64,000 nt of DNA. Source: Moniliella sp. 'wahieum'. Lineage: Eukaryota. The notes under the pieces are model-generated. The model was given only the letters and a program-made list of their open reading frames with translations. It ran no database searches and had not been told where the DNA came from. Location of the stretch: NCBI GenBank assembly GCA_003971905.1, contig RSEE01000019.1, positions 62,001 to 126,000 on the forward strand, in the 5' to 3' direction. Of the stretch, positions 35,852-49,734 are shown piece by piece. The translations under genes and the position numbers were made by a program. The stretch's first letter is position 1, and every line of letters starts with the position of its first letter.

Positions 35852-37078
35852 CCTTGTTGCCCAGCAGCTGACGGTGGAGTGGTGGTGGTGGTGGTGGTGG
35901 CGAGGAAGACGAGGGGGGGATGCGTGCTCGGTTATCGGGATTGGGCTACCAAGCAACTTTTTTTCCATCGGATCGCCGGCTATTGCAGGCAAAACTTAGG
36001 CGGCAACCCTACACTGCCCCCGTGCGCTGCCCCGCTGGATCCGTATCTTCCGCATGTCCGTTTCGCCCGCATTCATAGTCTGCAGAACCGGGCGCCCGGA
36101 GTGGAGCGTGGTGCCGACTGGCGCAGCATTGCCTGAGCTGGCGATGCCGGCGGCGCCCGACACTGTCAGCCGGCCACCCAGTACCCACCCGCCAGCCACT
36201 GCCCCCACTTGGCCTGAATCAATCACACCCAACGTCACCACCTGGCCCCTGCGCCTGGCGCCCCAACAGCCCTCCAACGTGTCATGGCCCACCCGTTGTG
36301 CGGCGAGAAGTGGCGGTGGACTAGTTCCGTCCACGACGGTGTGGGCTCGTGGATGGCGCGCACGGCGTACTACTGAGGGCAAGGTCTGCATCGTTTGTCC
36401 CTAGTCGATCGATAATCGGCCGCCGGCGGGGCTGTCGGTTGTCTGTGCCGTCGTTGCCTGCGTGGACTGCCGACGGACACAGACACGCCGTGTCCGCCAT
36501 GGCATGCGTGCCCACTAAGTACTAACCATTGTGCATTGCCGCCGGACGACTGCTGCGTTTCCCGCCTGCTCCCTGCGCTACCTTCCCCACGCCACACGTG
36601 GGATTTCAGACACGCCCACTCGTGCCTTGTGGGGCGTCTGGGCGCTGACACGGCGACAAGCGCCAGATGCGACGAGGAGGATCGAACGATGAGATCGATG
36701 AGCGGTGATTGATTTGATTGCCAGCCGTACATGGTGGGTGATGCATGATGCATGATGGACACCTGATTTGAAAGTTGACTCTCAGTTCAAGTTCAACATT
36801 CGTAAACTCCGCCTCGCTCATTCGCAACAGACGGCGGAACAAAGGTAGGAGTTGCACCGACAGGCCAAGTGATCGATGATCGATGGAAGATGAAATGTGC
36901 AACTTGGCGTTTATCTGAATCTGAACGTTCAATGCAGCAACAAGATGCCGTAATCTGCTCCACGCCGCCGCTGTCCACCCCACGGGTGCCGACGGTGGCG
37001 GAGAGCTTTGGGCGAAGCGCAATCGAGAGCGTCCAGCAGCACGCCTGGTTTGCGCCACCACCGCCCGTCGCCGTCCCC

Positions 37079-39267
37079 ATGTCCGATCGCCGCGCCCCCT
37101 CCCGTCTGGCTTCCAAGCGGTCAGGCATGAGCGCTTCGGCGCAGTTTTATGTCCCCACCGTGCCCACCTTGCCTGATGCCGCGGCGCGCTTCCAGCTGTA
37201 TGCGGGCGACCTGCCCGCCCGTGCTGGCGATGGCGCCGCGCTCTACTTCCAACTCCACCGAGCCCGGCACACGGCCGGCCGGCGCAGATTGATCATCTGG
37301 TTCAACGGTGGCCCCGGCTGCTCGTCCTTTGATGGTGTCATGATGGAAATTGGCGCGTGGCGAACCAAGTTGGACGCGACGCTGGAATGGGCTCCCGAGG
37401 GCGGCGCGTGGAACGAGTATACGGGATTGTACTGTGCGTCTTTTCTTCTGAGGTTCTATTTGCATGACCTGCTTCCGTCTTTTGCTTGGTTGCATGCTTG
37501 CTTAGTCATCCCATACGTTGGTACAAGAACTGACACTTACCTGATCCAGTGGACCAACCGGTCGGCACGGGCTTTTCGTACGCCCCCACCAACGCCTACG
37601 TTAGCTCCTTGTCCCAAGCTGCGCAGGAGGTCAAGTACTTCCTCGAACGCTTTGTAGAGGTTTTTCCTGAGTACCGCAAGGGAAATGGCGTGGACACATG
37701 GCTCGCAGGCGAATCGTTTGCCGGACAATAGTGAGTCGGCGTGGATGTCCCTGCATTGGATCGGAACGGCGGTACTAACCTATGCGTTTGATCTAGCATC
37801 CCTACACGGCCAAGTCATTGACCGACCCCAGTCCCGTCCCTTCACCGTGGACCTCAAGGGCATCGCAATTGGCAATGGGTTTATTGACCCCAAATCGCAG
37901 TATGGCTCAGAGATTGAATTTTTGGTTAACCGCGGGATATGGAAGGCCGACGGAACCCAGCACAAAGCTGCCCTACAGCACTTTGAAGCCTGCAAAAACG
38001 CCATGGAACAAGCCAAGGGAAACCCACGGTCCATTGGAGTATGTGAATCGCTCCTGGGCCAGCTGATCTTGCTGGGCAAGAAACGGTACGTACCGATCTT
38101 TCTCTCTTTCCCTTCTTTCTCCCTTTCTCCCTTTCCATCTGTTCCCCTTGCGCCCTTCCCCCCTTGCGAGTGGACAGCAGGTGCCGCGGCAGACCCACTA
38201 ACTTAGCCGCACCACCCAGGTTGGAGGACAAGGAACGCTGCATCAACATTTACGATGTCCGTCTGGACGATAGTTATCCCTCGTGTGGGATGAACTGGCC
38301 GCCTAATATCCAAGCGACGTACGAGTACCTCCACCGGGACGATGTACGCAAGGCGTTCCATGTGGATGGGCGGTACAAGCCCGAAGCCTGGGTGGAGTGC
38401 AACACGCGTGTGGGCAAAGCGCTTTCAGCTTCGGACGATGATCCTGAAGAGCAAGCGTCCGTCACGCTTCTTCCTGGCCTACTTGAACGGGGGGTACAAG
38501 TCCTGATCAATGCGGGGGACCAGGATTTGATCTGCAACCACGTGGGGCTGGAACGAATGCTAGATTCGCTCTCGTGGAATGGCCAGACGGGATTTTCGCA
38601 CCCGTCCAAGACGGGTGGGGAGACGTGGTGGATCAACAACCAGCCCGTGGGCAAATGGCAAAGCGAGCGTGGCCTGACGTATGTCAAGGTGTTCAATGCG
38701 TCGCACATGGTACCATTTGACCTGCCCATCGCGAGCCACGATATGATGCTTCGCTTTATGAATGCCAGTCTGCTCGATGCGGCTGGGCCGTCGGCCCAGA
38801 TCCCGAGTCGGATCGGCTCGGGACCCAACCAGGCTTTGGTCTGGGCAGCCAGCCCGGACCCATGCCGCCGAGACGACCCAACAGGCCATTGATGAGGCCA
38901 AGTACGATGCGTATTAGTACGTACCCTCGAGGTCCTGCTTCAGCTCCCCACCCGGGTGGTTGGTGTGTTTACTGATTTTGGTTTTTGGTTTTGGTTTTCT
39001 TCGTTTTCCTTTGCCCAGTCGCGCAGGCAGTGTTGCGTTGGTGGTGATCATTGCCCTTGTCATGGTGGGTGTGTGTGCTTCTTCGACAGCGGCGCCACCA
39101 CGTGAGCCGTAAGGCGCGTTGGCTTGCGGATCGGGAGCGTGCAGCACAAGAACCGGCGGCGCCGGGGATCGATGTGGAACTGGACCGCCTGGTGGAGCAT
39201 GTGGAGGAGTTTGATGCAGCGCCGGGCGAGTCGGACGACGAAGGAGCACAGCCTCGACGGGGGTAGG
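37079..39267 (+). CDS. KEX1: Kex1-type serine carboxypeptidase (S10 family)
   Basis: [54 protein letters not shown]-terminal TM and acidic tail; four introns; start uncertain. Confidence 0.92.
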
Positions 39268-40828
39268 GAGACGAGAAAAACGTACTTGAAAACTGTGGGC
39301 GCCCTTTGCCGTGGCCGTCGTGCAGGTTGTGCTTGCCACCTGTGCCCTCCTCTCGATTCAATATTCACCCCATCGCAAAATATATGTGGTCCAATGCGGC
39401 ATGCGTGCAGTGCAAGTAGTATGGGCAGTAGGAACGGTAGATAGAAGATGAAGATGATGAGATGAAGATGGAGATGGAGATGGAGATGGAGATGAGATGA
39501 GAGGGCTGGGCCTCAGTGCTGAGGAATGGTGCATGCGTTGGAACAGAGTGTGTTGTGTGGCCTCGGCCTCAGAAGGAGACAACCCGACGTGCCTTGAAGC
39601 TTGAAGCTTGATTGAGATGATTGATGACTGATTCTGGCAGGGCCTGAGTACTGAGTGGATTAAGGATTGCCATCGGGCGATACAAACGTGTGTTTCACCG
39701 AGCACCCCCCCTTGGGACTATGGAAAAGCATGATGCATGATGTATGATGGAAGCATTCCTCGTCAGTATCAGTGCAACGTGCATCAGTATACCATCAATG
39801 GTTGCGCCAGGAGAGCCCACGGCAACGCACATGATATATGGTACAGCCCGCCCTCCCCTTGCCAGTCAAACAAACCGAAGCTGGATATTGAAGGCGGGTT
39901 GGACCGGTTAGATCTTAGATCTTAGAGCCCTTCGCACAACCAACAGGACCCCTCGGCTTCAACACCTGTTTAGGTTTGGTCGGAGAGGGAAATCGTCGGA
40001 AGCACCGCGGGTTAGGCGGTTACGTGGCTACGCGCGTTACGGGGGATTCATCCATCATCTCCGTACCCTGTTACGGGCGTCCCTTAGCCAAATTTCCCTG
40101 CCTTGCTAGTTCCTAGGTACTGGGCGAACTGTGTGGGCGCGCCAGGGTGCTAGCATCCCACTAATGCCCCAGCCCACCGCTCTTCGCATGGCGGTCGTTG
40201 CATGTTGAACTCAACATGATGCCAAAGGCGGGGTTAGTTGGTGTATGATGCGTGCTTCAAGTCTTCATGCTTCATGCGTGTGACGCAAACGGGGGCGATG
40301 GGTGAGGAGCGATGGGTGGGCAAGCGTGGATGGGGGCCATGGGCTGGAGCAGTGGTGGGCATCGGGCCTGCCGCGAGGAAAGAACCCTGTCGCGTCTAGA
40401 CAGTCAGCCAACGCTGGCGCACACTGGTGCCATGCGCGGGTCCGCAGGGCCAGCACGGGGGCGCATGGCTGGGCCCGTGTCACGCATGGCGATGGCCGCA
40501 GCGCACCAGTCTGCGGCTGGGTACGGGTGATGCCCCTTGCGCCGCCGCGGCCAGAGAGAGAGGATCGACAGGGCGGGTGTTGCCGCTGGCTGGGGCTGCT
40601 GGGGTGACGTGGTGACGCGTGACGCTACCGATCTGCCATGCGGTGACTAGCTAGCGACTGGCATCGTCATCGAACCCGCGCTGGTCTGCGGCTAAACTGG
40701 CGTCGCCCCAAGTCCACCGCTCGTCCGGCCTCTGCCCTCCACCGCCGACACCCACCCGCCTACGCCGTGTATTCCCGCCCACCCACCACCACCGCCACCA
40801 CCTCCTCCTCCTATTCCCCGCCGCCCCG

Positions 40829-42874
40829 CATGGACACCAGTTTCGCCGTCGGCGATGAGGCGATCGACTTTGTGCCAGCCAGGACGACGAGTCAATGGGC
40901 TCCATCGCGTCGTCCCAGCCCTTCTTACCGCTTGCTGCCAGCGTACCTTGCCCCCCAAGCGACAGCCACTGGGCGAGCGGGCATCAGTCCCGATGGCCAC
41001 GTCCAAGTCGGCATCTACCGTCCTCGTCGCCGCTCCGATCCCGCCGTTCCTCCACCGCGTCCTTGACCAGTGGCCGCTCCCCTTCTGTCTCCCCCTCTGC
41101 CTCGCCACGCCCGTCCGCATCGCCGTTCGACGCCCGCGTCGCAGCCACAGTGCCAACGATATTTTTGATCCGCCCGGCCATGAGTCCGGGGTGGGGGAAG
41201 GCATCGGCCCATCCACCTCTTCCCCCTCGGTGGTGGAGCGCAAGATGATGCCCTCCAGTTCTTCCCGCAGCTTGCTCGGTCCCGGCACGCTCGACCTTGT
41301 TCTGGAGTGACATGAGCAGGAGGGACAGCAGGACACGTCGGAGCGCGCGCAATGGGATCCGGTGGCAGAACGGACATTTGAGCGGACGTTCGAAAAGACT
41401 TTTGAACGAACGTTTGAACGTACCCTGCTTGCTGAAACACGTTGTGGATCGTACCGTACTTGGGCGGGTGGACGAATCTTTATCGCCGCGCGCGTCGCTT
41501 CTGACTGAACATGCTTCTGACGCGCCCATTCGACGCGGGTACAAACCACGATCTAGCATGCGCGTCTTGCCGCGGATTAGCCAGCGGTACTTACCCTCCT
41601 CGTCTGCTGAAACTGCTGCTGCTCCTCATTGGGCGCTCTTGCTCCTTCGGTCCAGGAGGAGGAGGCGATGGAAATTACCGACGATGGGCCAGGAAAACCA
41701 GGCACTCTTCCTGCCTCTCATACGCCGGTCATTGGCCCCGTCAGCGGCCCAGTCTACCCAGACCCGTCACCGCCCCGCTATTGGATGTACCGCCGATGGC
41801 GGTCGGACGACGGGGGAGAAGGTCACCGAGCCCATCAGTCTTCCGAGCAAACACCTCTCTCCTTCTTTTACCGCTTCTCCACGGGGCATCCGAACCTCGC
41901 TCTCCCCCTCGCCCTCACCTTCGCCCAACACGTCGGTCCGTCGCACCTCGACAGCCTCCAGCACTTCAGCCTCGTCTGCCTGTGGGATGGGGGAAACCGT
42001 TTACCATCTTTTCCGATCCCAGCCCGCTTCACTTCCGCCTACCCAGCCCGATACTCGACGCAGCCCGATACCGAGGTGAGTGGAACGGCGGGACCCCAGG
42101 ATGCCGATGCAAGCTTGAATGCGCTGGATGGGCCGGATGAGAACCAGCCGCCAGCAGGGTGGACGCCTCATCGGTCAGTGCATGAGCCCGGTTCCAAGGG
42201 TCTCAAGACGAACAGGCGTTCCCCCCCACCACAACGAAGGCACGTAAAGGACACGGCGAAGCCCGACGCAACCGCAACGCTTCGACCAAAATCAACGACC
42301 TCCAACACGCATCGACGTCCCTCACCCTGGCACTTCTTCCGCCATGGACCAAGCCGAGTCGCTCCGAACCAACCTTGCTTCCCTACACCTTCGTCCACGT
42401 CCACGTCCACGCCTACGTCCACGTCTATGCTGGCACGCCTTCGACGGCCCAGTCCCGCATCTGGTTGGGCGTGGACCTAGTGTGGAGTCTTCTCCCACTC
42501 TGGCCGAACCACCTTCTAGCGTCGCGCCACCAATTCCACATGGACCCGAGGTCCAGACTACGCCTTGCTCCAAACCTCTGTCTCGTCGGTCCAACGACGC
42601 TTGCTGTCTCGCCAACGCGACCGCCCGCGCATTCCCCGCGCCTACAGCCACACAGACTTCCCACCCTTACCCTGACACACGTCCATCCGCCCTGCTTTCT
42701 GCCACACCTGCCGCACCGTGGACAGGACGAGCGCAGGGGGGCATGCGGGTGTGCGTGAGATTCGTGCCGCGTTCGAGTCCTTGGCACGGCAAGGGTCCTA
42801 AGCCGGAACGGGAACGCCTACTTTCTCCCCTCTCTCTTCCTCTCTTCCTTTCCTTTTATTTGGCACGCCCCTGA
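40829..42874 (+). CDS. Hypothetical Ser/Pro-rich protein (frameshifted)
   Basis: Chain of overlapping plus-strand ORFs from MDTSFAVGDE; contains an (ERTF)n repeat with synonymous variation. Confidence 0.45.
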
Positions 42875-43878
42875 TGATTTGCGTGGTGGTCGTCACGGGC
42901 TCGGTCGCTAATCCCTGCGCACGTCACGCCAGTACGTTGTACCCAGTGCATGAGCCAGCAGCTATCACCTTTGCTGGCGTACCGTGCATTGTCTTCGCTA
43001 TACCTGACGGGGAGACGACCCAGTGGGGACATTGTCCCTGTCCACACTGCCCCTGTCCACCCACACTCGCTTGTTTGGTGTAACTTCAAGCTTCAAGCTT
43101 CATCAACCCCCTGCTCTCCCTATGAGTCCTCCACCTCTTCGCTCTCGTGCTGCGCCCTGGCCAAACGGCGCGCAGCCGTCAAGCTGAAGCTTCAACGTAG
43201 CTACTAAAGGTCATTCTATTTTTCTTCGCGCATCGAAGGCTTGTAGGCGCAGCGTTTGACAGCGATAGTCGGGTGTGAGGGAGCCGCTGTTATACTGGTC
43301 ATGCATCAGGAAAGCAGAAGGCGGAGGTCTCTTAGATGATCGAGGAGGGAGGGCAATCAGATGCTCTCTTGCTGGTCGCCGTATATGGTGCGTGTGGATG
43401 ATGAGTACGAGTGAGGATAGAGATTCTGCCTGTGACATGTGACCAGTGATTGATGATCACCTGGTCGGCACTACCTCGTACTTTAAGATGTAAGCTCTAT
43501 CACTCGGTCAACAATCACAATCACGTGTGATGTCACCTGTCAGGCCAGGAGGTAGGGTTGGGTGCCCATCTGCGGCAGGTGCTTGGCTGCGCCACAGAAG
43601 GAGGCTTGTTTCATAGTGGACTTGGTGTGCGTTTCTTGGGCGCTGGATACAAGCGACTGGGGTGGTGTGTGCGCGCGGGGTGGCCACAACAGGGGCTGAT
43701 GTTGGCGCTGCTCTCTGGGCTTGCCTTGGCTTGGCTTGTTGCTTTTTCTCTTCTTATTTCTTCTTTCTTCTTGTTCCTCCCTGCTCTTCCCTTATTCTGT
43801 TCCGTCCCGACCCCTCCTCCACGTTCGGCGCATCTGCACTCCCCTCAGACCCGTCCCCACCTCCTCTGTTGCTCCAAG

Positions 43879-45930
43879 ATGCTTCCCCACACGGCGCACC
43901 GACCCTCTTCTGCCCCTCCTCTTCCCCCATTAGCGGGATGACCCTCGTCCAGCAACCCTTTCTACGTCCGCCCCCTACCCCCACACGCCACTGGCCAACG
44001 AGCTGTTGCCGCTGCCCGACGACCTGGACTTGAGCGCGTACTTTCAGTACGACTTTTCGTTGGAATCCTTCGTCACCAACCCGCCCTCGTGGATGATTCA
44101 AGCGGCCAAGCATGCCCGTCCCCTGGCTCTTCGACCCACTGCCCGCGCCCGACGCTGGTCCACCACTGCCCCGCCCGCAGGCCAAGCAACCGACACGACA
44201 TGTTCCAACTCGGGTGCAACGTCCACCATAGTCCCTGTCTCCTCTTCGAGCCAGGACACGTCGGGGGAATGGACGTCGCTACTTCCGCCCGGACATGCCG
44301 GGACTGCCCGTTCGCCCGTCGTGCGTCGGGCAGAAATTGCATCGACGATCCAATGGGCTCATGCTCGTGTGGCGCACACCAAGCGGACCAAACGGAGCGG
44401 CAGAAGCAAGTCCTCGCACATTTGCGCCCGGGTACGATCCGGACAACATTTTGGTTCCCTCGGCGCCTCCTTTCCCCCTGCACGTATTAGTGCGCTCAGC
44501 CGAGTCCCCAAAGGCGCTCTTTGACTGCCCCCCTCCCCCCGGCCTCCCTTTAAGAATTCACTGCGAGCGCGTAGGGTCGCCGAACATCCGCCCTACCTCC
44601 GGCCCGTCATGCTGCTGGGGCACCGTCGTATAGGCCTGGCCTATCTTATACCCAGCTCGGTCATGCCCGACGCGGCAATATCAATACCTTCATCTGGTGT
44701 CGACCATCAGGGCCGCGACCCGAGGTACGTGTCAACCATTCTTCGATCTTGGTTTCTGCCCATGCTCGTTACCCATACTCATCATACCCCCTCTCACCAG
44801 TCTCACTCGTCTTCCATGTCCCATGGAAGTGGCCGGTCGACCATTCGCCCGGCCAATCGCATTCTGCGCCGCTGGCGTCCGCTCCGGGCGCGTCCACCAT
44901 ACCACCGCACCCGGACCGCACGCACCACCACTACTCGCCCTACTGCTCCGCAGACGCGTATGTTCAGAAGCCGACGCGCTCTGGCAGCCCTCACCAGCTA
45001 CCCAACCCCCATGACCCACCTACGACGAAACCTCCACATCCACATCCACATCCACCTTTGGCAACTACGGAGAAGGAGGAAGAAACTTCTCTCTGGCCGA
45101 CATTTCCTCCTCAGTTCTTCCTCGTCGAATTCCGATGACGACCTGGGTCCCGAACCTGCGGACTTTACACCCCCACTTAGCACGCGCCATGGACACGCAC
45201 CTACCCGTTTTCGCTCCGTTCCGACCGTGGGCGCGTCGCACCACCCATCTTCTTCCTCTTGGTCTGCAGCCGGACAAGAGTACCGTCGGTCCTTCGACTT
45301 TGCCCATCACCAAGCCGGTTCCTCTCGCCTCGTCTTCCGAGGCGGAGGGCGAAGGCCAAGGCCAAGCTAAACCAGCGCCCATCTCCCCGGCCTTGGCAGC
45401 TGCTTCTGCACCTACTTCTGCCTTGCCTCTGCCTCTGCACCTGGTTCAGCCTTAGTCTCAGCCTCTGTCCCCCCGCACATCCACACCGCCTCGTCCCCCC
45501 TCTCCTCCAGCTGGTCCGAGGCGGAGAATGTGTCGCTTACGGGTCCGCACAACCAACCCTTGCCCCCGCTGCGAACGCTAACCAACAGTCCAACCGAGAT
45601 GCTGGGTACGCTCCCGCTCCGCGACCACACCACACCCACCACCCCGTGACGCAAGAGGCGAGCGGGTACTTGCCCGCCGCGGTAGGACAGGTGCAACTTG
45701 GTGCATCTGCGTCAGAGCGGGCGGTCCAACTGGATACCGACGCTGATGCACCGGATGCACTACCACTCTTGCTCCCTCGACCTCGACCTCGACCTCACCT
45801 CCACTCGTTCGGCAGTGCCTGCTACGAACTATTTCGCCCACGCGTTACTTTCCACCGAACCGACCCGAGTCCCAGACCCAGACCCAGACTCAGACCCAGA
45901 CCAAGGCGAACCCGACCGACGACCTAGTGA
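43879..45930 (+). CDS. Hypothetical low-complexity protein (frameshifted)
   Basis: Consecutive plus-strand ORFs (LPDDLDLSAYFQYDFSLESF..., NILVPSAPPFPLHVLV...) and a probable GTACGT intron at ~44725-44800; no family recognised. Confidence 0.4.
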
Positions 45931-46564
45931 CTTTGTAAGACCGGACAAGATAGACATTTACGTTTCTTCTCTGCTACGTGTTACGTGTTACGTGTTAGGG
46001 TAGACCTTAGGCGCAGGAGGAAAGTGTGGTGAGGAAAGGGAAAGGGTGCGGGATGGGGACCCTATAATGGAAATTTTTGGTGGTGTCCAGGCAAGAAGCG
46101 GACGGGGTCGTGAGACCTAGGCCATGGAAACAAGTAACAAGCGTGCGGCGAGGCAAGCAAGCGAAACAAGATGGGCGGACGTGTTGACCTCAGGGCTGAG
46201 CGGGGCGCGCCGAGGCGCTGGGAACAGCCCAGAGAACCATGATGCATGAGCCAACAGAACGACTCTACTTCGAGAGGGTAGAGGAGAGGGGGAACGGGCA
46301 TAACGGCGCGAGCAGGCCGGGCGGGCGAGGGGTACCTCGGGTGTTCCAAGTGAGCAGGGGAGGGGGGAGCATGGGGGGAGCATGGAGACAAAAGTGGGGG
46401 CAGGAGATGGGATGGGAGGGAGGGCAACTAAAAGATGGGATATGAGGGGCCAGCAACGTAAGGATCCGACGAGAAACAAGGGAAGAAGGATAGGCGCCGT
46501 GATGAGGCGGGTCGTGGAGCCTACTTCATTTCGCCTTGGTAGGTGGTTGGTTAAGCCTTAAGCC

Positions 46565-46984
46565 TTAAGCCGACTTCTTGAGTTACTCGCCCAAGAGCTT
46601 CCTCCGCTGCTGCTTGAGGTGGGTAATTTCAAAGCGCTGGAAGTCGGTGGTGGACTTCTTAGCCTGGCGTGCGGCGAGCGTCTTGGCCCAGTTGCTCGCT
46701 GCCCACTTCTCAGCCACATCGGCCTTTTCAAAGTACTTCTTGACCACCTTGGAGCGCGCTGCGCGGGGCAAGTCCTTAACCACAAACTTGGTCAGGATCA
46801 AGTACTTGTACTGGAACGCCTGGCGCGCGACGCCAGTCGTCGGCCCGTCAATGATCGCACGGTTGGCATCAATGATCTCGGCAATGACAGCGAGCTTGCC
46901 ATTGATCGGCGACGTCTCGTCGTTGACCAGCACCACACGGCCCACTTCGACAAACCGCTTGAAGGAGGAAACTTGGGACGACAT
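46565..46984 (-). CDS. RPL14: 60S ribosomal protein eL14
   Basis: FKRFVEVGRVVLV...GKLAVIAEIIDANRAIIDGP...TDFQRF; 5'UTR intron ~46985-47106 ends directly at the ATG. Confidence 0.96.
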
Positions 46985-47849
46985 CTGTCCATCGCGTCGG
47001 TCAGCATCGGTTCTCTGAGAATGCGATTCTAGCCCAAGGAGAACCCCGCATGCCAAGGGGAGAACACCACGGTGCTCTCACCCCAGGTGCACGGAATCAA
47101 GACATACTGATGAGTTGATCTTGGAGTCAGATGGTGAGAAAGAGTCCGGGCCTGGCGGTGGACCAATCCACCCCAGGCAGCCCAGGATGGCGCGGCGAGG
47201 ATGGGCCGGCACAAAGTGACACTGGCGCTGTTCCATTTTGCCAACCCCAATGGAAGATGTGGCATGGGGGCAGTATGTTGTAACTCCTGCTGCGGCACAT
47301 TTGGAAGGGTTGGTTGGTTCAACTGTTCATTAATCATTTCATTTGTTGGCTCGTCGATGCTATTTGCTGGGACAACAACAGATTGTTAGATCTCGGAGCT
47401 GGGGGGCTCGCAACACAGATGCTTACGAGTGGAGGGCAGACAGACCTGCAGCCCAGCGGTCGATCAGCCGCCAGCAAACAACACAACCATTCATGAAGGT
47501 GCTGTTATGTATTGTGCCCGATTGTGCGTAGATGAAGCTTGAAGCTTGAAGCCCGCCCGCCTGAGGCAGTGGGACCGCGTTCCCATACTGACTCTGCACA
47601 CAGTGGGGAGACGGTAGGTACGCGGTAACCCGGTAACGGGGGCTCAAACACTCAGCGCTCATGGCTCATGAAATCTGATTCATGATCAGCTAGCTGGTCT
47701 GGTTGCTACGGGTGTCTACGATGCCATGCGAGCTGATGGCTGCGGGTGGTAAAGAGGGCAAAGAAGGCACGGTGGGCAAAAAGGCAAGAAAGGCTAGAAA
47801 AGGCAAGAAAAGGCAAGAAAAGGCAAGAAAGGCTAGGTAGGATGGATTT

Positions 47850-49009
47850 TCAGAGGGGTTGCTGCGATGCAGGGGAAACAATGTGGGTGATAAAGTACTT
47901 GTGCAGACGGGCGTCGGGCGTGAGTTCCGGGTGGAACGAGGTAGCCAACAAGTTACCCTGGCGCAGCGCGACAATCTGAGCATCGTAGTCGGGACGAACA
48001 CCAAGGACCTTAGTATCGCTCTGTGTGGCCGGTACGGGCAAAGACGAGGACAACGGCCGAGGGGTGACGGAGCGAGCTTGGTCTTCGTCCCGTGCCAGCG
48101 CGTAGGGCGGATGAACATGTTCTTCCGGGGGCAGCGCGACGGGGTGGGCCAAGGAGGCGAGAATGTGGATGGGCGGGCGTGGGGTTCCGCTGGCATGGGC
48201 AAGAGGGGGCGCAATGTTGATGGGCAACGAGGAGCGGGGGACCGAGGGGTCTTGCTCTGCCACTGTGGCTTGGGGAGCGACGTATGGACTGGGAGTATCC
48301 GGGTCCAAGAGGCAGTCCAAGACGGGGGCACGGATGAAAACGGCGGGAAAAGGTTCGGGGCCTAGGACGGGCATGTCCAAGGACGTTTCGAACGAAGCGG
48401 TCTGACTTCCATAGCCGTTACGTTCAATCCGCGCATCAATGCCTCCAATCAACTCTTGGCCACCCCGCTTGCCCGCCGACGCTTCGCGCGAGAGGAGAAT
48501 CATACCCGCACATGTGCCCCAGGTCGGACGGTCGGCTGCCACCCATGCCCGAAGGGGCTCCAGCAACCCCGAGCGCTGCATACCCAAAGCGATCGCCGTC
48601 GATTCGCCGCCGGGAAGGATGATCCCCGCGAGACCGTCCAAGTCGTCGGGGGAGCGAACCAAGCGAGACAGAACCTGGACATTTTCGCACGCAACACTGT
48701 GCTTGTGAACCTCTTGCTTTTTGCGACCCGAGGCGAGGTAGGCAGCCTCGGCTTCGGACTCGATCAGGCGCCCAGCACGCGTGAGATGGGTCATGTGCTC
48801 GCGGAAGGCGCCTTGGATCGCCACGACGCCGATAACGAGGGTGCGGGGCGGGGGGGGGAGCGTGGGCTGGCGCTTGGGACGGGGACGGGGGGAGGTGCGG
48901 CTCCCGCTGCCGGCCGCGCGGCTGGGGGAGGGGAGCCAGGGACGGGCGAGGCAGGGCCGGACGACGGTGCACGCATGGCCATTGGGCGCACGAGGGGCGA
49001 CGGCTCCAT
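47850..49009 (-). CDS. PDX2: PLP synthase glutaminase subunit Pdx2/Sno
   Basis: IGVVAIQGAFREH, IILPGGESTA, WGTCAGMILL, RNGYGSQTASFE, VFIRAP, ATSFHPEL; start uncertain. Confidence 0.93.
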
Positions 49010-49734
49010 GGCACAGGCACAGGCACGGGCACGGGCGCACGGGCACGGGCACGGGCTCGTGGTCGTGTCAGGACGGAGGGGCGGAGGAGGAGGCAGGCGG
49101 CGGCTTGGGCTGGTCCGAGGGCTGCGGCTCAAAGCGCCCAGGCAAGCGAGCGCACCCTGGGCTGAGGCGCTGAGGCAGCAGACAGCAGAAAACGAAAACA
49201 GAAAACAGAAAACAGAAAACAGAAAACACCGCACACACTCAACGCTAAATTTAAACCCGGCCCAGCCGGCGAAGCTTCGACGCCAAGCAAACCAAGCACA
49301 AATCGGCTGACCTAATGCAGCCATCTCCGCCCACGTCACGTGCTTTCGGCCCCCACGCGCAATTGCAGCCGGGGGCTCGCATCACGCGTCGCATGTCACC
49401 CGTCTGTGGTGAGTCATACAAACGCCAGTCGTACAAACAAGTTGGCGTGCGCTGTAGCACCGCCATCGCAGCATGGGTCTAGCTAGAGGGACCTGAAAAT
49501 GAATAGGGTGGTTATAGCAACAGAAAAAGTGAGGGGAGAGAAGAGCACACAGGTACAAGAGAGGAAAAAAAGAGAGCGAGAGAGTCCGAAGAACAGGCAG
49601 AAGCACCGGCACCAAAGACGATGCGTACCATTCGCGGTAAGCATCAAAAGGTGCATCGAGCATCCAGCTCATCCAGCCTCAAGCTTCAAGCTCATCAGGC
49701 TTCCAGAGCTTCAACAACCATCAAGAATCAACCA

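Noticed and set aside
28237..49009. Metabolic gene cluster (desaturase, GCV2, PDX2)
   Set aside because: The genes are interspersed with unrelated housekeeping genes and share no single pathway.
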